This document shows, piece by piece, positions 9,536 to 17,528 of a stretch of DNA of 50,103 nucleotides. The translations under genes and the position numbers were made by a program. Source of the stretch: a virus. Position 1 is the stretch's first letter. The number at the start of each line of letters is the position of its first letter. A model generated the notes under the pieces. That model was given only the letters and a program-made list of their open reading frames with translations. It did not search any database and was not told the origin of the DNA. The DNA lies in UHGV virus genome UHGV-0211888; one strand, 5' to 3'.

Positions 9536-10243
9536 TTATTGTTGTGTCAATGGAACAACTTTCGGCAAGTTAATAATATAACCGCCTGGGACAGCATTGA
9601 CTTCCATCCCTGCTAAATCATACCAACCATATTTCTGATCCGTATACTGACCATTTTGTCCTATTAGATCATAGAAATCATTCACCGAAACACTACCATA
9701 TCTTGCAATATTATCTTGCAATGCTATAGCGACTGTTTCAGCTTCACCTCTACTACCAAATACAAAATCACGTACTTGGTATATGGTATTAACAACTGGT
9801 CTATTATAACCAGGTTGCTGCATATTGATAGGAACACTAGGCTGATATAAACTTGATCTATATTGCGAATTATAATTTATAATTCCAGCATTAGATCTAT
9901 TGCCTCCAACTGATGCTCCGTTCTTACCATATAGAATAAAATCAATCGAATATTTAACCGCACCAGAGATCATATCCTTAATTTTAGGTAATATGACTTC
10001 TGATACAACAAAAGCCCCAACCGAATCAGCATCAGTAGACAAGATTTTTCCTTTAAAATTAAAGAATTTCTTTTTCTTAACTTCTGTCACGTTAGTCGTG
10101 ACGGGCTGAATCACTTTCTTATCTTGTTGAGGCGGTTGTTTCTCAAATGAGTTTTTGGGAAAATCCTGCATATATAACCTCTCTATTTTCAAAAATAAAA
10201 GGAAGGGCCATTGTTTATTCAACGATAACCCTTTCAATAACAT
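9536..10243 (-). CDS. Hypothetical protein, paralog family A (235 aa).
   Basis: Its C-terminus QKYGWYDLAGMEVNAVPGGYIINLPK matches the EQYGWKDLNGVKIEKVKTGYKIIMPE C-terminus of 12190..12969. Confidence 0.45.
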   Translation of the reverse strand: MLLKGLSLNKQWPFLLFLKIERLYMQDFPKNSFEKQPPQQDKKVIQPVTTNVTEVKKKKFFNFKGKILSTDADSVGAFVVSEVILPKIKDMISGAVKYSIDFILYGKNGASVGGNRSNAGIINYNSQYRSSLYQPSVPINMQQPGYNRPVVNTIYQVRDFVFGSRGEAETVAIALQDNIARYGSVSVNDFYDLIGQNGQYTDQKYGWYDLAGMEVNAVPGGYIINLPKVVPLTQQ

Positions 10244-10248
10244 CTTAA

Positions 10249-10497
10249 CTACTTAGTTTCAGTAGTTTCAGTTTTTGCGTCTACTACGACTGTCTTATCT
10301 GCTTTCTTACCTCTGAAGTGCTTGACAAGTTTGTAAACTCCGAATCCTAACAACCCGACACCAAGAGTGATACCTAATCCGGCACCAACCTTTTGTCCAG
10401 TTGTTAGTCCAGCTTTTGCAGCCTCACCGGCAACATCTCCAACAGTAGTCATAGCAGTATCAACTGCCTCAGTCTTAACAACATCATTCTGAACCAT
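10249..10497 (-). CDS. Small membrane protein (82 aa).
   Basis: TM GAGLGITLGVGLLGFGVYKLV. AAGGAGGAAATAAAA sits before the ATG. Confidence 0.45.
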   Translation of the reverse strand: MVQNDVVKTEAVDTAMTTVGDVAGEAAKAGLTTGQKVGAGLGITLGVGLLGFGVYKLVKHFRGKKADKTVVVDAKTETTETK

Positions 10498-10566
10498 TTT
10501 TATTTCCTCCTTATAGTTCTGGATGCTACTCCATTAGATGATATGTTTATTTTGCGAAATGTAAAA

Positions 10567-11319
10567 CTACATATTCGACAATTCTTCGGCACCTCTTGAA
10601 TACTGAATAACACCTATTGGATTGTCATCGTTGTCAAGAGCAGCATCTAATTCCACATTGATTAGACCTTTAGCTCCTGATTTATAGACAGACCATCCAA
10701 CATTATCACCGTAATCAACAGGATCGGCTCCGATTGCTTGAAGCCAGTCATTTAATGTAATAGTATCTTCTCCACCAATAGCTCGAGCATTAAGTTCATT
10801 AGCCATTTTCTGGATTAAAGTCCAATCACTTTGAATAATTTGTCCAGTAAGACTCTCTTTAAATCTTATCTGTGCTTTCCCAGTGATAATTACATTATTT
10901 GCCTTAGAATTGTCTTTCTTATTAACAGCTTCTTGAATCTGCTTTTCTTTTTCTTCTCCAATGAGCTCCTTCGTCTTTTCCTGATATTCCTGCAAGGCCG
11001 TCTCAGTCACCGTATATGCAGCAGCTAATGCTGCATTACGTTTGGCGGATACTTTATTTCCTGCTACCACACACGTTACAGCACTGGCAATTATAACTGT
11101 TGGCGCAATAGCCTCTTTCCAAACACATTTAATTGTCTCTTTGACTGGAAGTTTATCTACTTTGAGTTCTTCTTTACGTTTTTGGATATTTTTATAACCT
11201 CGAATACTTCCTCTTATTATCAGAGGAATCGATCCAATGAAACCTGCTACTCCCATCCACATGAGAATATCAGGTTCATTTTTCACTACCCAAGGTTTGA
11301 TTGTTGTTAATGGATTCAT
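10567..11319 (-). CDS. Membrane protein, paralog family B (250 aa).
   Basis: N-terminal TM, K/E-rich linker, and the AALAAAYTVTE helix shared with the 332-aa and 286-aa proteins. Confidence 0.5.
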   Translation of the reverse strand: MNPLTTIKPWVVKNEPDILMWMGVAGFIGSIPLIIRGSIRGYKNIQKRKEELKVDKLPVKETIKCVWKEAIAPTVIIASAVTCVVAGNKVSAKRNAALAAAYTVTETALQEYQEKTKELIGEEKEKQIQEAVNKKDNSKANNVIITGKAQIRFKESLTGQIIQSDWTLIQKMANELNARAIGGEDTITLNDWLQAIGADPVDYGDNVGWSVYKSGAKGLINVELDAALDNDDNPIGVIQYSRGAEELSNM

Positions 11320-12176
11320 TTTGCTGCCTCCTTGGTCTTAATTTCTACAGGTTTGAAAGTAGATTTTTCCTTATCAAATGGCAAGAAATCTCCTCCGTCT
11401 TCTGAAGCATCCTGTATCGGTTCCTCGTCAAAGGATATAACCTTATATTCATGACCTTCAGCATCTTTTGTAGGAGTTAAATTCATGTGAATCCATTCAA
11501 CTCCAGTGGTGTCATCCAAATATTCTTTTGTCCAACCCCAGCAATAATCTGCTTTACTGATAGTCTTTTCATTTATAATATCTGCTTTAGCATCGCGTAA
11601 CATATCATATATTAAACAGAAATATGCAGTTTTATTATTCTGATCAACAGTATGGATACGTTGATTCATATCAGCATATGCTCTCATCAGATCTTCAGGT
11701 TTTGCTCTAAAGAAACCGATGCGTTCGATCCAATATAGATCAGTACCGCCGTCCAAGTCCGGATCGATTAAGTCAATACCAGATTGTTTTGCATCATCTT
11801 TAGATATACTTTGAAGAATGCTCTTGTGCGTATCAATACCGAGCATGTCTTTCACCTTATCAGAATACTTATAATATCCTTGCTGAAGCACTCCTGCACA
11901 GGCAAGTAGTGATACTTCTGCCTTTTTATTCAGAATAGCACTTCCGATGATAGAGGCGATAGTAATACCGCCAATCACGCCAGAGCGAATATAATAAGGA
12001 GCTTCAGCTTTCACCAACTCCATTTTTGTAGGATTCGGCTTGTTCTTGATGAGCTCTTCTCTTTTCTTCTCAGCTTTCTTACTGTCTTTGACTGCAAAAT
12101 ATGCAGTTGCTACTGTTCCAACAGAACTTAAAAGTGCCAAACCAACTGACACAATATTTTTCGTTTTAATATCCAT
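11316..12176 (-). CDS. Membrane protein, paralog family B (286 aa).
   Basis: TM LALLSSVGTVATAYFAV, then KKAEKKREE, then a second hydrophobic helix. Confidence 0.5.
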   Translation of the reverse strand: MDIKTKNIVSVGLALLSSVGTVATAYFAVKDSKKAEKKREELIKNKPNPTKMELVKAEAPYYIRSGVIGGITIASIIGSAILNKKAEVSLLACAGVLQQGYYKYSDKVKDMLGIDTHKSILQSISKDDAKQSGIDLIDPDLDGGTDLYWIERIGFFRAKPEDLMRAYADMNQRIHTVDQNNKTAYFCLIYDMLRDAKADIINEKTISKADYCWGWTKEYLDDTTGVEWIHMNLTPTKDAEGHEYKVISFDEEPIQDASEDGGDFLPFDKEKSTFKPVEIKTKEAAK

Positions 12177-12189
12177 CTTTTAATCCTTT

Positions 12190-12969
12190 CTAATTTAATG
12201 ATATTGCTTCTGGCATAATAATTTTATAGCCGGTCTTGACCTTTTCGATTTTTACGCCATTAAGATCTTTCCAACCATATTGTTCATACTTGGAATTACT
12301 ATAGTCAATTATCTTGGTACAATTAGTACTAGAAGCGGCGAGACTAAAGTAATATTTTACCGATAATTGACCTTTTCTACTAATTTCTTGCTTGGATATC
12401 TGAAGAATGTTATTAACCGTCTCCTTATTAGAAAATATAAAATCATATATTTTTAATATATCTCTCATGAAATTGAAGTGAATAGGTCTTGTAGAAAATT
12501 TAAGCATATATGGTCCATTAATATTTACATGACTTGAATGCAAGACTCTAATCTGAAAATGATCATTCCGAATCCAACCATATTCGTCATCTTCTTGCGA
12601 TGTCGTGCGCCCGCAAATATTATAACACTCACCGCAAGTTATAAACCCACTCTTCTTGATCGTATCTTTAATAATACCCTTAGCCGTATAGGCATCACTC
12701 CGATTCTTAAAAAACAGATGTCTGAAATGGTATTCGGGTTTATCAACCTCTTCGCAATCATCCTTCGGTTCTTCATGACGATAAGCTTCGCAAGTAATGA
12801 TAAGATGTCTCTCTTCGTCAGGATTACCTTTAGAGACCAAGTAGTACTTGAATGCAGTCGGATCTGCATCATTATCGACACGCTCCCCGACGACTTGATA
12901 CTTGAACGGCATCATTGATAACATCATCAAAGCTTCACCAACCTCAACATTTCGTTTTAACCAATTCAT
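12190..12969 (-). CDS. Hypothetical Cys-cluster protein, paralog family A (probable start at 12969; the track ORF extends to 12999).
   Basis: The ATG at 12967-12969 is preceded by AAAGGAGGAAATAAAACA. This 26-nt RBS/start block is identical to 14815-14840. CxxC-like pairs are ITCEAY...C and CGEC...C. Confidence 0.45.
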   Translation of the reverse strand: MNWLKRNVEVGEALMMLSMMPFKYQVVGERVDNDADPTAFKYYLVSKGNPDEERHLIITCEAYRHEEPKDDCEEVDKPEYHFRHLFFKNRSDAYTAKGIIKDTIKKSGFITCGECYNICGRTTSQEDDEYGWIRNDHFQIRVLHSSHVNINGPYMLKFSTRPIHFNFMRDILKIYDFIFSNKETVNNILQISKQEISRKGQLSVKYYFSLAASSTNCTKIIDYSNSKYEQYGWKDLNGVKIEKVKTGYKIIMPEAISLN

Positions 12970-13082
12970 TGTTTTATTTCCTCCTTTGATTAAAATCAAG
13001 AGAACTATATTTTTATAATTCTCATAATGTAAACTGTTTATTTTGCGAATTAACCAAATCTGACTCTAATAATAAATTCAGT

Positions 13083-13502
13083 TTATTCAGTCATTTTCTT
13101 ATTTGTCTTCTCATAGATGAAATAGTCGTCATAGCCGATATCATCATTGTATGCTTGCATATCATACCAATAAAATGGATCCGATTCGCAATGTTTATCG
13201 AATAAATACTGCATGAGATGATTCAATGTACTAGCCGAATATCTATAGAATATAATTGTGTTCGGTTTAGACATCGGATCATCTCGACACTCAATGCAAT
13301 AGCACCAATGATCAAATATTATGCCATCTGCAGTTGACTCTTCTGAACTCATGTGATCATATAGGTCATCTATTACTGTATCTATAGCATATTGCTCCAT
13401 GACTCGGATACGAAATTCCTCATCACACCAATAAGGTTCAGGATCAGGATAGTATTTATTCCTAAACTGATAAATGGTATTGACATCGTCAATAGTGATC
13501 AT
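13083..13502 (-). CDS. Acidic, aromatic-rich hypothetical protein (139 aa).
   Basis: ORF, strongly acidic and Trp/Tyr-rich composition. Confidence 0.4.
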   Translation of the reverse strand: MITIDDVNTIYQFRNKYYPDPEPYWCDEEFRIRVMEQYAIDTVIDDLYDHMSSEESTADGIIFDHWCYCIECRDDPMSKPNTIIFYRYSASTLNHLMQYLFDKHCESDPFYWYDMQAYNDDIGYDDYFIYEKTNKKMTE

Positions 13503-13563
13503 TAATAGCCACCTCCATCAAAAATAAAGATATAAGTAATTGTATACTTATATCTTTTCAGAC

Positions 13564-13776
13564 TTACTTTTGTTTAATCTTCTTTTGTGTTTCCTCTTTA
13601 GACTGTCGAATCGCCTCTTGTTCATCTGCATAGCCTATACCTGCATGATATCCCTGAATCTTTGCAATCTTCTCTTGCTTAGAATAGGTCATACCTGCAA
13701 ATATTAAACTACCAACACCAACAATAATCGACACGACTGGTCCAATGATTGGAACCCACTTAATAAACTTATTCAT
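13564..13776 (-). CDS. Small membrane protein (70 aa).
   Basis: TM WVPIIGPVVSIIVGVGSLIFAGM. Its leader 13783-13818 is the 36-bp repeat copy B. Confidence 0.45.
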   Translation of the reverse strand: MNKFIKWVPIIGPVVSIIVGVGSLIFAGMTYSKQEKIAKIQGYHAGIGYADEQEAIRQSKEETQKKIKQK

Positions 13777-13782
13777 AGTTAT

Positions 13783-13818
13783 AATCCTCCATTAAATAAC
13801 TTGTTCATCATGCGAAAA
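13783..13818 (-). promoter_or_regulatory. Conserved leader/promoter element, copy B, preceded by a weak AGGAGGATTGCAAGTCCTCT hairpin (13827-13846).
   Basis: 35 of 36 nt identical to 711-746. Confidence 0.5.
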
Positions 13819-13856
13819 TAAAAATAAGAGGACTTGCAATCCTCCTATTTTTGAAT

Positions 13857-14261
13857 CTAAAATTTCTTAATGAAATCCTTAAAAGCTCCTGGCGTACGTC
13901 CATTATCGACATATTCTAGTTTCATTGACATTATCATTCCTGCGAAATACAGACTAGCTGGAATTACGATACCAGCAACTTTCAACCCCAAATCGATAAA
14001 TCTGTCTCGTTTTGCTTTCTTATCATCTTCAGCAGATTTGCTTACTTCTTTTTCTCGTAAACTTACTTCTTTTTCTCGTAAACTCTCCGCTTTCAATGAC
14101 TTTCGCTTTTCCTCCTCAAATTTATCATCATTTAGGATCATGTTATTAATATCTAACATTTCCTTTCGCATAGTCTCCCTTTTTTCAGGTTCAGCATTGC
14201 CATATGAACTAGACATGACACGTAATACAGATGTCAGGTTCGTTTTTGTTTCAGAATCCAT
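13857..14261 (-). CDS. Charged coiled-coil protein with a C-terminal TM (134 aa); contains a tandem 21-bp direct repeat (SLREKEVS x2).
   Basis: tttttctcgtaaacttacttc occurs twice near 14048-14090. The TM is GLKVAGIVIPASLYFAGMIM. Confidence 0.4.
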   Translation of the reverse strand: MDSETKTNLTSVLRVMSSSYGNAEPEKRETMRKEMLDINNMILNDDKFEEEKRKSLKAESLREKEVSLREKEVSKSAEDDKKAKRDRFIDLGLKVAGIVIPASLYFAGMIMSMKLEYVDNGRTPGAFKDFIKKF

Positions 14262-14299
14262 TTTAATACCTCCTTGATTCCATTATAATAGTTGTTTGT

Positions 14300-14521
14300 C
14301 TAGCGATCGTTAACAATTGACATATAGACAGCATCCTTTTTAGATATACTGTCTATATCATAGTCAAATCCTGCGTATATTTCCTTGTCTCTAGTAATAT
14401 GTAGAGTTCCTACACTTTTGACGGATTTTTTGTATCGTTTTACGGATACAATACCTCCGACTAGTGCCGAAACTCCACATAATGAGATAATACCAAATAG
14501 TTTGAGTATTTTTCTCATCAT
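14300..14521 (-). CDS. Small signal-anchored protein (73 aa).
   Basis: N-terminal hydrophobic LKLFGIISLCGVSALVGGIV. Confidence 0.4.
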   Translation of the reverse strand: MMRKILKLFGIISLCGVSALVGGIVSVKRYKKSVKSVGTLHITRDKEIYAGFDYDIDSISKKDAVYMSIVNDR

Positions 14522-14817
14522 TTATCTCCTTTTATAATATAAATTGGTGGAATGGATGTCTTCACAGATGTTGCACGAATAGCTTTAACACTGAATGCAA
14601 TACTGAAGCATGATGCAATAAGTGATGCACCTGTAGCAATCACCAAAAGAGTTGCAATAGACTCAATCTTTTTGTTCCCATTCTGTATCAGGTCATTTGC
14701 AGATTTGGAAACTTGCTTGATTGAATCTTTTGTCTCTTCAATTGCAGCACTGGCTTTGTCCATAGTCTCGACAGCCTTATCGGTCGGCTTCTTGAATAAT
14801 TTACTAAATAATCCCAT
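14518..14817 (-). CDS. Small membrane protein (99 aa).
   Basis: TM LLVIATGASLIASCFSIAF. Its RBS/start block is identical to that of 12190..12969. Confidence 0.45.
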   Translation of the reverse strand: MGLFSKLFKKPTDKAVETMDKASAAIEETKDSIKQVSKSANDLIQNGNKKIESIATLLVIATGASLIASCFSIAFSVKAIRATSVKTSIPPIYIIKGDK

Positions 14818-14855
14818 TGTTTTATTTCCTCCTTTGATTATTTTGTAAAAAACAA

Positions 14856-14872
14856 GAGGATATGAAATCCTC
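14856..14872 (-). terminator. Intrinsic terminator hairpin GAGGAT-ttcat-ATCCTC, followed by a T-run on the minus strand.
   Basis: 6-bp stem with a 5-nt loop, then (minus sense) TTGTTTTTTAC. It lies 3' of gene 14885..15097. Confidence 0.45.
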
Positions 14873-14884
14873 CTGTTTTAGTAC

Positions 14885-15097
14885 CTATTTACTGTACTTC
14901 TTTATCAGTTCTTCCTGATCTTCTAACAGATCGTCCATAGCTTCATCTTCAGTTGCATATTCAACCCCGGTGTAGATATTAACAATCTCACCAGTTGGTT
15001 TAATCCATATGCAATCGAATAATTGCTTCCAACCCTGTTCTTCAAGAGTCTCTTCTTCTTCTTTTTCCATACCTTTTAGGTCCTCCATTACACTCAT
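14885..15097 (-). CDS. Very acidic small protein (70 aa).
   Basis: MEDLKGMEKEEEETLEEQ ... DEAMDDLLEDQEE. Confidence 0.4.
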   Translation of the reverse strand: MSVMEDLKGMEKEEEETLEEQGWKQLFDCIWIKPTGEIVNIYTGVEYATEDEAMDDLLEDQEELIKKYSK

Positions 15098-15156
15098 TGT
15101 TTGTCTAGCGAATAAAATATAAAGACCATTGTTACATGATCCTTATATATGAAAGC

Positions 15157-15330
15157 TTACTTATTACTTTCTTTCTCTTCTTTAGATTCCTTAGAAGCTT
15201 CTTTCTGAGCTTTTAGCATTTTAGCATTATAACTTGCCTTTGCTGCTTTCTTAATAGCATATGAAGCTGCTCCTGCTACAGCTAAACCTCCGAACAAAGC
15301 CCCTAAACTTCCCAAAAATCCTAATTTCAT
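15157..15330 (-). CDS. Small membrane protein (57 aa, absent from the ORF track because it is under 60 aa).
   Basis: My own translation of the minus strand starting at ATG 15330: MKLGFLGSLGALFGGLAVAGAASYAIKKAAKASYNAKMLKAQKEASKESKEEKESNK. It has a GGAGGATTATAATT SD and a leader related to the 711-746 family. Confidence 0.4.
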   Translation of the reverse strand: MKLGFLGSLGALFGGLAVAGAASYAIKKAAKASYNAKMLKAQKEASKESKEEKESNK

Positions 15331-15421
15331 AATTATAATCCTCCATTAAATGATATGTTTATAATACGAGAAAAAATAAAGGACATTGTTTCTATTACTA
15401 GAAGCAACATCCTTTGCCGAA

Positions 15422-15874
15422 CTACTTTCTATTAAATAATTTATTACCTATCTCAGTAGCAGATTCTTCAAACCAGATGGCGTCATAATCTGTTTTTGGA
15501 GAAATTCCCTTCCGGGAAAATTTCAACTCATAATACCAATATCTGATAGCAGAAGGAATACATATGATAAAGACAAAGAACACACCAAATAAACATAATT
15601 GGAATGAATGTCCCATCTCATGTCTATCCAAACTGTAGTCGGATGTAGTATCACGAATAAAGGCGATACCTAAGTCGCATCCACCCCAATTCTTGCCAAT
15701 TTGAAATTTCCAACCAATAGGAGTTTTCATAGGTTTCTTACCAATACAAATAAGAACCAAAGAGACAAGGAGTGTAACTAAAGTGAATGGCAAAGCCCAG
15801 GTAAATAACAAAATATAGTAAAGCCATTTATGCTTCCAAAGAAATACAGACCATTTCATTAAAAAGTTTTTCAT
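15422..15874 (-). CDS. Polytopic membrane protein with an HExxH motif (150 aa); putative membrane zinc metalloprotease-like protein.
   Basis: HEMGH lies between hydrophobic helices (LYYILLFTWALPFTLVTLLVSLVLICIG ... FGVFFVFIICIPSAI). Confidence 0.35.
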   Translation of the reverse strand: MKNFLMKWSVFLWKHKWLYYILLFTWALPFTLVTLLVSLVLICIGKKPMKTPIGWKFQIGKNWGGCDLGIAFIRDTTSDYSLDRHEMGHSFQLCLFGVFFVFIICIPSAIRYWYYELKFSRKGISPKTDYDAIWFEESATEIGNKLFNRK

Positions 15875-16275
15875 TGCACGATCTCCTTTTTATTATCATT
15901 TTTAAGACTGTAAATAGTACTCTCGATAAGAGTCTTAAGATATGCTTCCATATCTCCATAGTTGTTCACAATATAATCTTTTAGTTCAGTAGAAAGACTA
16001 CCTTCAATAATAGTTAAGCATTTTGCAAGAGCTTCTTTTTGCTTTTCAGAAGTAAACGCTCCTTCTTTTTTAAGGGACTCGACATATGTCTGAAACACTT
16101 CTTTAACGGCATTCATGACAATTAAAGTCAATTCAGTAGACCATTTAGCCAACTGCTTATCTTTAATTTTGCTGTTAAGCCACTTAATAATAAGTGTCGT
16201 TAACCAGGAAGCAAAGCCAGTAATAATAATCCCAACAGCAGACCACACTAGGGTCAATACTTGCGACCAATCCAT
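15871..16275 (-). CDS. N-terminally membrane-anchored protein (134 aa), holin-like topology.
   Basis: TM LVWSAVGIIITGFASWLTTLII followed by a charged helical domain. Confidence 0.35.
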   Translation of the reverse strand: MDWSQVLTLVWSAVGIIITGFASWLTTLIIKWLNSKIKDKQLAKWSTELTLIVMNAVKEVFQTYVESLKKEGAFTSEKQKEALAKCLTIIEGSLSTELKDYIVNNYGDMEAYLKTLIESTIYSLKNDNKKEIVQ

Positions 16276-16436
16276 AATTTAATCCTCCTTAAGATAATTT
16301 TATTCTATCTATTCCTTCGCATTGGTTGAACCAGTTTACTAAGTCAATAGCATATAGCCCAAAGGCAGTGCTTTTATAGCGCTGCTTTCTAAATATCATA
16401 CTCAATTCGAGCATTAATAATTCCGTTACATTATTT

Positions 16437-16531
16437 GATTGCTTCTTTGAAGGAGAGTCCATTCTAAACTTATTAAGTTTTATAGCACCCCTTAAAAAGA
16501 GATAATGCGACTCTCCTTCAAAGAAGCAATC
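16437..16531. repeat. Perfect 23-bp inverted repeat (gattgcttctttgaaggagagtc / gactctccttcaaagaagcaatc) with a 49-nt spacer that contains a nested palindrome aaactta-t-taagttt.
   Basis: The exact reverse-complement arms are at 16437-16459 and 16509-16531. They lie inside the doubtful 84-aa ORF 16289..16543. Confidence 0.7.
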
Positions 16532-16539
16532 CTTATATT

Positions 16540-17106
16540 TCACTCACTTTTTATTCTTGTTGTATTATGATTAACACTAGTTGAAATTCTTAAAGCAATC
16601 TGAGCTGGAAGATAATCATAGCAAATTTTCCCATTAATGTTTTTATATGGAACTCTATATCTAATATAGAATTTGTTACCAGGGAAATCTGCATTGAACC
16701 TATTTGAGTGACTTCCATCCCCACCGCTCTTAGTACGTACAAAAGTAAGATCATATAAGAAAGTTCCAGCTTTTGTTTCAACTACAGGTCTGTTCCTCAT
16801 TGCAAAATAACCATTACGCCATTTGTGTTTTGGTCCCCATGGTTTACTATGAATGCCTTTATAATAACTCCATTTATATCTTCCCAGAACAAAATTTTCA
16901 GGTTCGAGATCACCTTTATTCGATAATATTCTTATATTGATTCTTTCCCCGTCATTAGTTTGACTCTCACCACTTGCGAATGCAATCTGCAAGTCCCTAT
17001 AATCATCTAAAGCAATACTAAGACCATGCAGCCCGTTCTCAATCTTATTTAATTTATCTGCGGCAATAATGTCACCGTTTTTCCATACAGTTTTAACATA
17101 TATCAT
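16540..17106 (-). CDS. Hypothetical protein (188 aa).
   Basis: ORF with a GGAGAAAAT-type SD. No motif recognised. Confidence 0.4.
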   Translation of the reverse strand: MIYVKTVWKNGDIIAADKLNKIENGLHGLSIALDDYRDLQIAFASGESQTNDGERINIRILSNKGDLEPENFVLGRYKWSYYKGIHSKPWGPKHKWRNGYFAMRNRPVVETKAGTFLYDLTFVRTKSGGDGSHSNRFNADFPGNKFYIRYRVPYKNINGKICYDYLPAQIALRISTSVNHNTTRIKSE

Positions 17107-17120
17107 ATTAATTTTCTCCT

Positions 17121-17528
17121 TTATTTATATTCGTTGTCCATATCTTCGTTTTCATTTTTAGTCTTCCTTACTCTAGAATGTTGCTTAGTCGGCAACTCAG
17201 TAACTTCGTCTCTAATATGATCCATGACGCCATTACTACCAAGTGAATGGTAATTTTTGTACATATTCTCGAAGTTTTCTTTTTCATCATATGTAGCATA
17301 ACCTCGATCAATAAGTCGATTATATTCAGAATATAATCTGTCACGAAGAATAGCTTGGCTAGCTAACTCTAGTACTTTAATGCGTTTAAATATCTCACAG
17401 GTTTGTTCGTCAAGCTGTTTCTTCCTAATTTTCTTGTTATTCAATACAGTAGATAAAACCATATTGACAACGGATAATATTATAGCCCCTGTGGATGCTA
17501 TAATTGCTACTACTATTTCTGGTTCCAT
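17121..17528 (-). CDS. N-terminally membrane-anchored protein (135 aa).
   Basis: TM IVVAIIASTGAIILSVVNMVLSTVL followed by a charged domain. Confidence 0.4.
   Translation of the reverse strand: MEPEIVVAIIASTGAIILSVVNMVLSTVLNNKKIRKKQLDEQTCEIFKRIKVLELASQAILRDRLYSEYNRLIDRGYATYDEKENFENMYKNYHSLGSNGVMDHIRDEVTELPTKQHSRVRKTKNENEDMDNEYK

Noticed and set aside
13827-13846. Hairpin AGGAGGATTGCAAGTCCTCT as an intrinsic terminator.
   Set aside because: Only a 5-bp stem. Too weak to call confidently. I mention it inside the leader-element feature instead.
14292-15111. 15-nt exact repeat TTGTTTGTCTAGCGA at 14292-14306 and 15097-15111, overlapping a stop codon and a start codon respectively.
   Set aside because: A single 15-mer coincidence is about what chance predicts in a 50-kb AT-rich sequence. 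I kept it only as a note.
16289-16543. 84-aa minus-strand ORF.
   Set aside because: It is built almost entirely over the 23-bp perfect inverted repeat and its spacer, and has no SD or recognisable features. I treat the region as non-coding and structured.
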